Origin: Felis catus
Lineage: Eukaryota
Length of the DNA stretch: 64,000 bases
NCBI RefSeq assembly: GCF_018350175.1
Contig: NC_058368.1
Location: 161,264,001-161,328,000, forward strand
Direction of reading: 5' to 3'
Shown: positions 63,468 to 64,000 of the stretch, one piece after another
How the letters are laid out: every line of letters begins with the position of its first letter
Numbering within the stretch: the stretch's first letter is position 1
The notes under the pieces: model-generated
Told to the model about the DNA's origin: nothing
Database searches by the model: none
What the model saw: the letters and a program-made list of their open reading frames with translations, nothing else
Made by a program: the position numbers and the translations under genes

Positions 63468-64000
63468 ATGAGATATTACTTGTTGATCAAAAAGAATGAA
63501 ATCTTTCTGTCTGCAACAACATGGATGGAACTAGAATGTATTGTGCTAAGCAAAATAAGTCAGTCAGAAAAAGACAAAAATATGATTTCACTTATATGTG
63601 GAATTTAAGAAACACAAAAGATAAACAGGGCAAGGGAAGAAAAAAAAAAGATTAAAAGAGAGATAGAGGCAAACCATAAGAGATTCTTGAATACAGAACA
63701 TACTAAGACTTGCCAGAGGGGTGTGGGGTGGAGGAATGGGCTAAATGGGTGGTGGGTATTACAGAGAGCATTTGTTGGGATGAGCACTTGGTGTTACATG
63801 TAAGTGATGAATCACTGGGTTCTTCTCTTGAAACCAATACTACACTGTATGTTAACTAACTTGAATTTAAATAAATACATTTTAAAAAAGACAATAGCAA
63901 AGATCAAAAAAACTAAGAATTTTTTTTGTTTGAAAAGATAAACAAAATTAACCAACTTTTAGACTATGAAAAAAAACAACACTCAAATAAATAAATGTAT

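Larger units (their letters stand above)
59055..63886 (+). mobile_element. 5'-truncated carnivore/felid LINE-1 nested in the older L1; ORF2 disrupted
   Basis: ORF fragments [55 protein letters not shown] (degenerate FADD), PDFKLYYKA; 3' end cactgtatgttaactaacttgaatttaaataaa; TSD aaagacaata (59045-59054, 63887-63896). Confidence 0.96.
54665..64000 (+). mobile_element. Older near-full-length L1 (L1MA/L1MB-like): 5' UTR, ORF1, ORF2 start to 59054; resumes at 63887 and runs off the window
   Basis: ORF1 motifs (gctgaaaacttcctgaatcttgg, cagaaaccttgcaggacaggagtgagtgggggatatattcaa); ORF2 endonuclease motifs (ggcgacttcaatacccctctttca, gcacatggaacacgctccagcacagatcatatgttggg); sequence is collinear across the nested L1. 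Confidence 0.85.

Noticed and set aside
59317..63608. Plus-strand ORF cluster as a gene
   Set aside because: These are fragments of a dead L1 with a mutated RT motif (STND in place of FADD) and an STR insertion.

Overview
AT-rich, repeat-dense mammalian DNA from a felid genome (cat family), judged from about 25 tRNA-derived Can-SINEs that include near-consensus SINEC_Fc copies, plus carnivore/felid-type LINE-1s. I found no supportable protein-coding gene, RNA gene or CpG-island promoter. Every recognisable ORF in the track is a SINE reading-frame artefact or a fragment of L1 ORF1/ORF2 or ERVL pol, so the window is intergenic or lies within a long intron. It holds two 5'-truncated carnivore L1s of about 4.8 kb: 24590-29383 (minus) and 59055-63886 (plus, nested in an older L1). 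It also holds older L1M, L2, MIR and CR1/L3 relics, ERVL/MaLR/ERV1 LTRs, hAT MITEs and microsatellites. The best-supported unusual features are: an L1 3' transduction (about 100 bp of foreign MIR-like DNA with its own AATAAA and second poly(A), inside the L1 target-site duplication); a tandem re-amplification of a SINE tail plus its TSD within a TA-rich array; a composite SINE dimer inside one TSD; an indel-free CR1 ORF2 remnant; and three very young SINE insertions. I see no evidence for a wholly new biological system. Repeat family names come from remembered consensus sequences, not a database search, and boundaries of old repeats are approximate.
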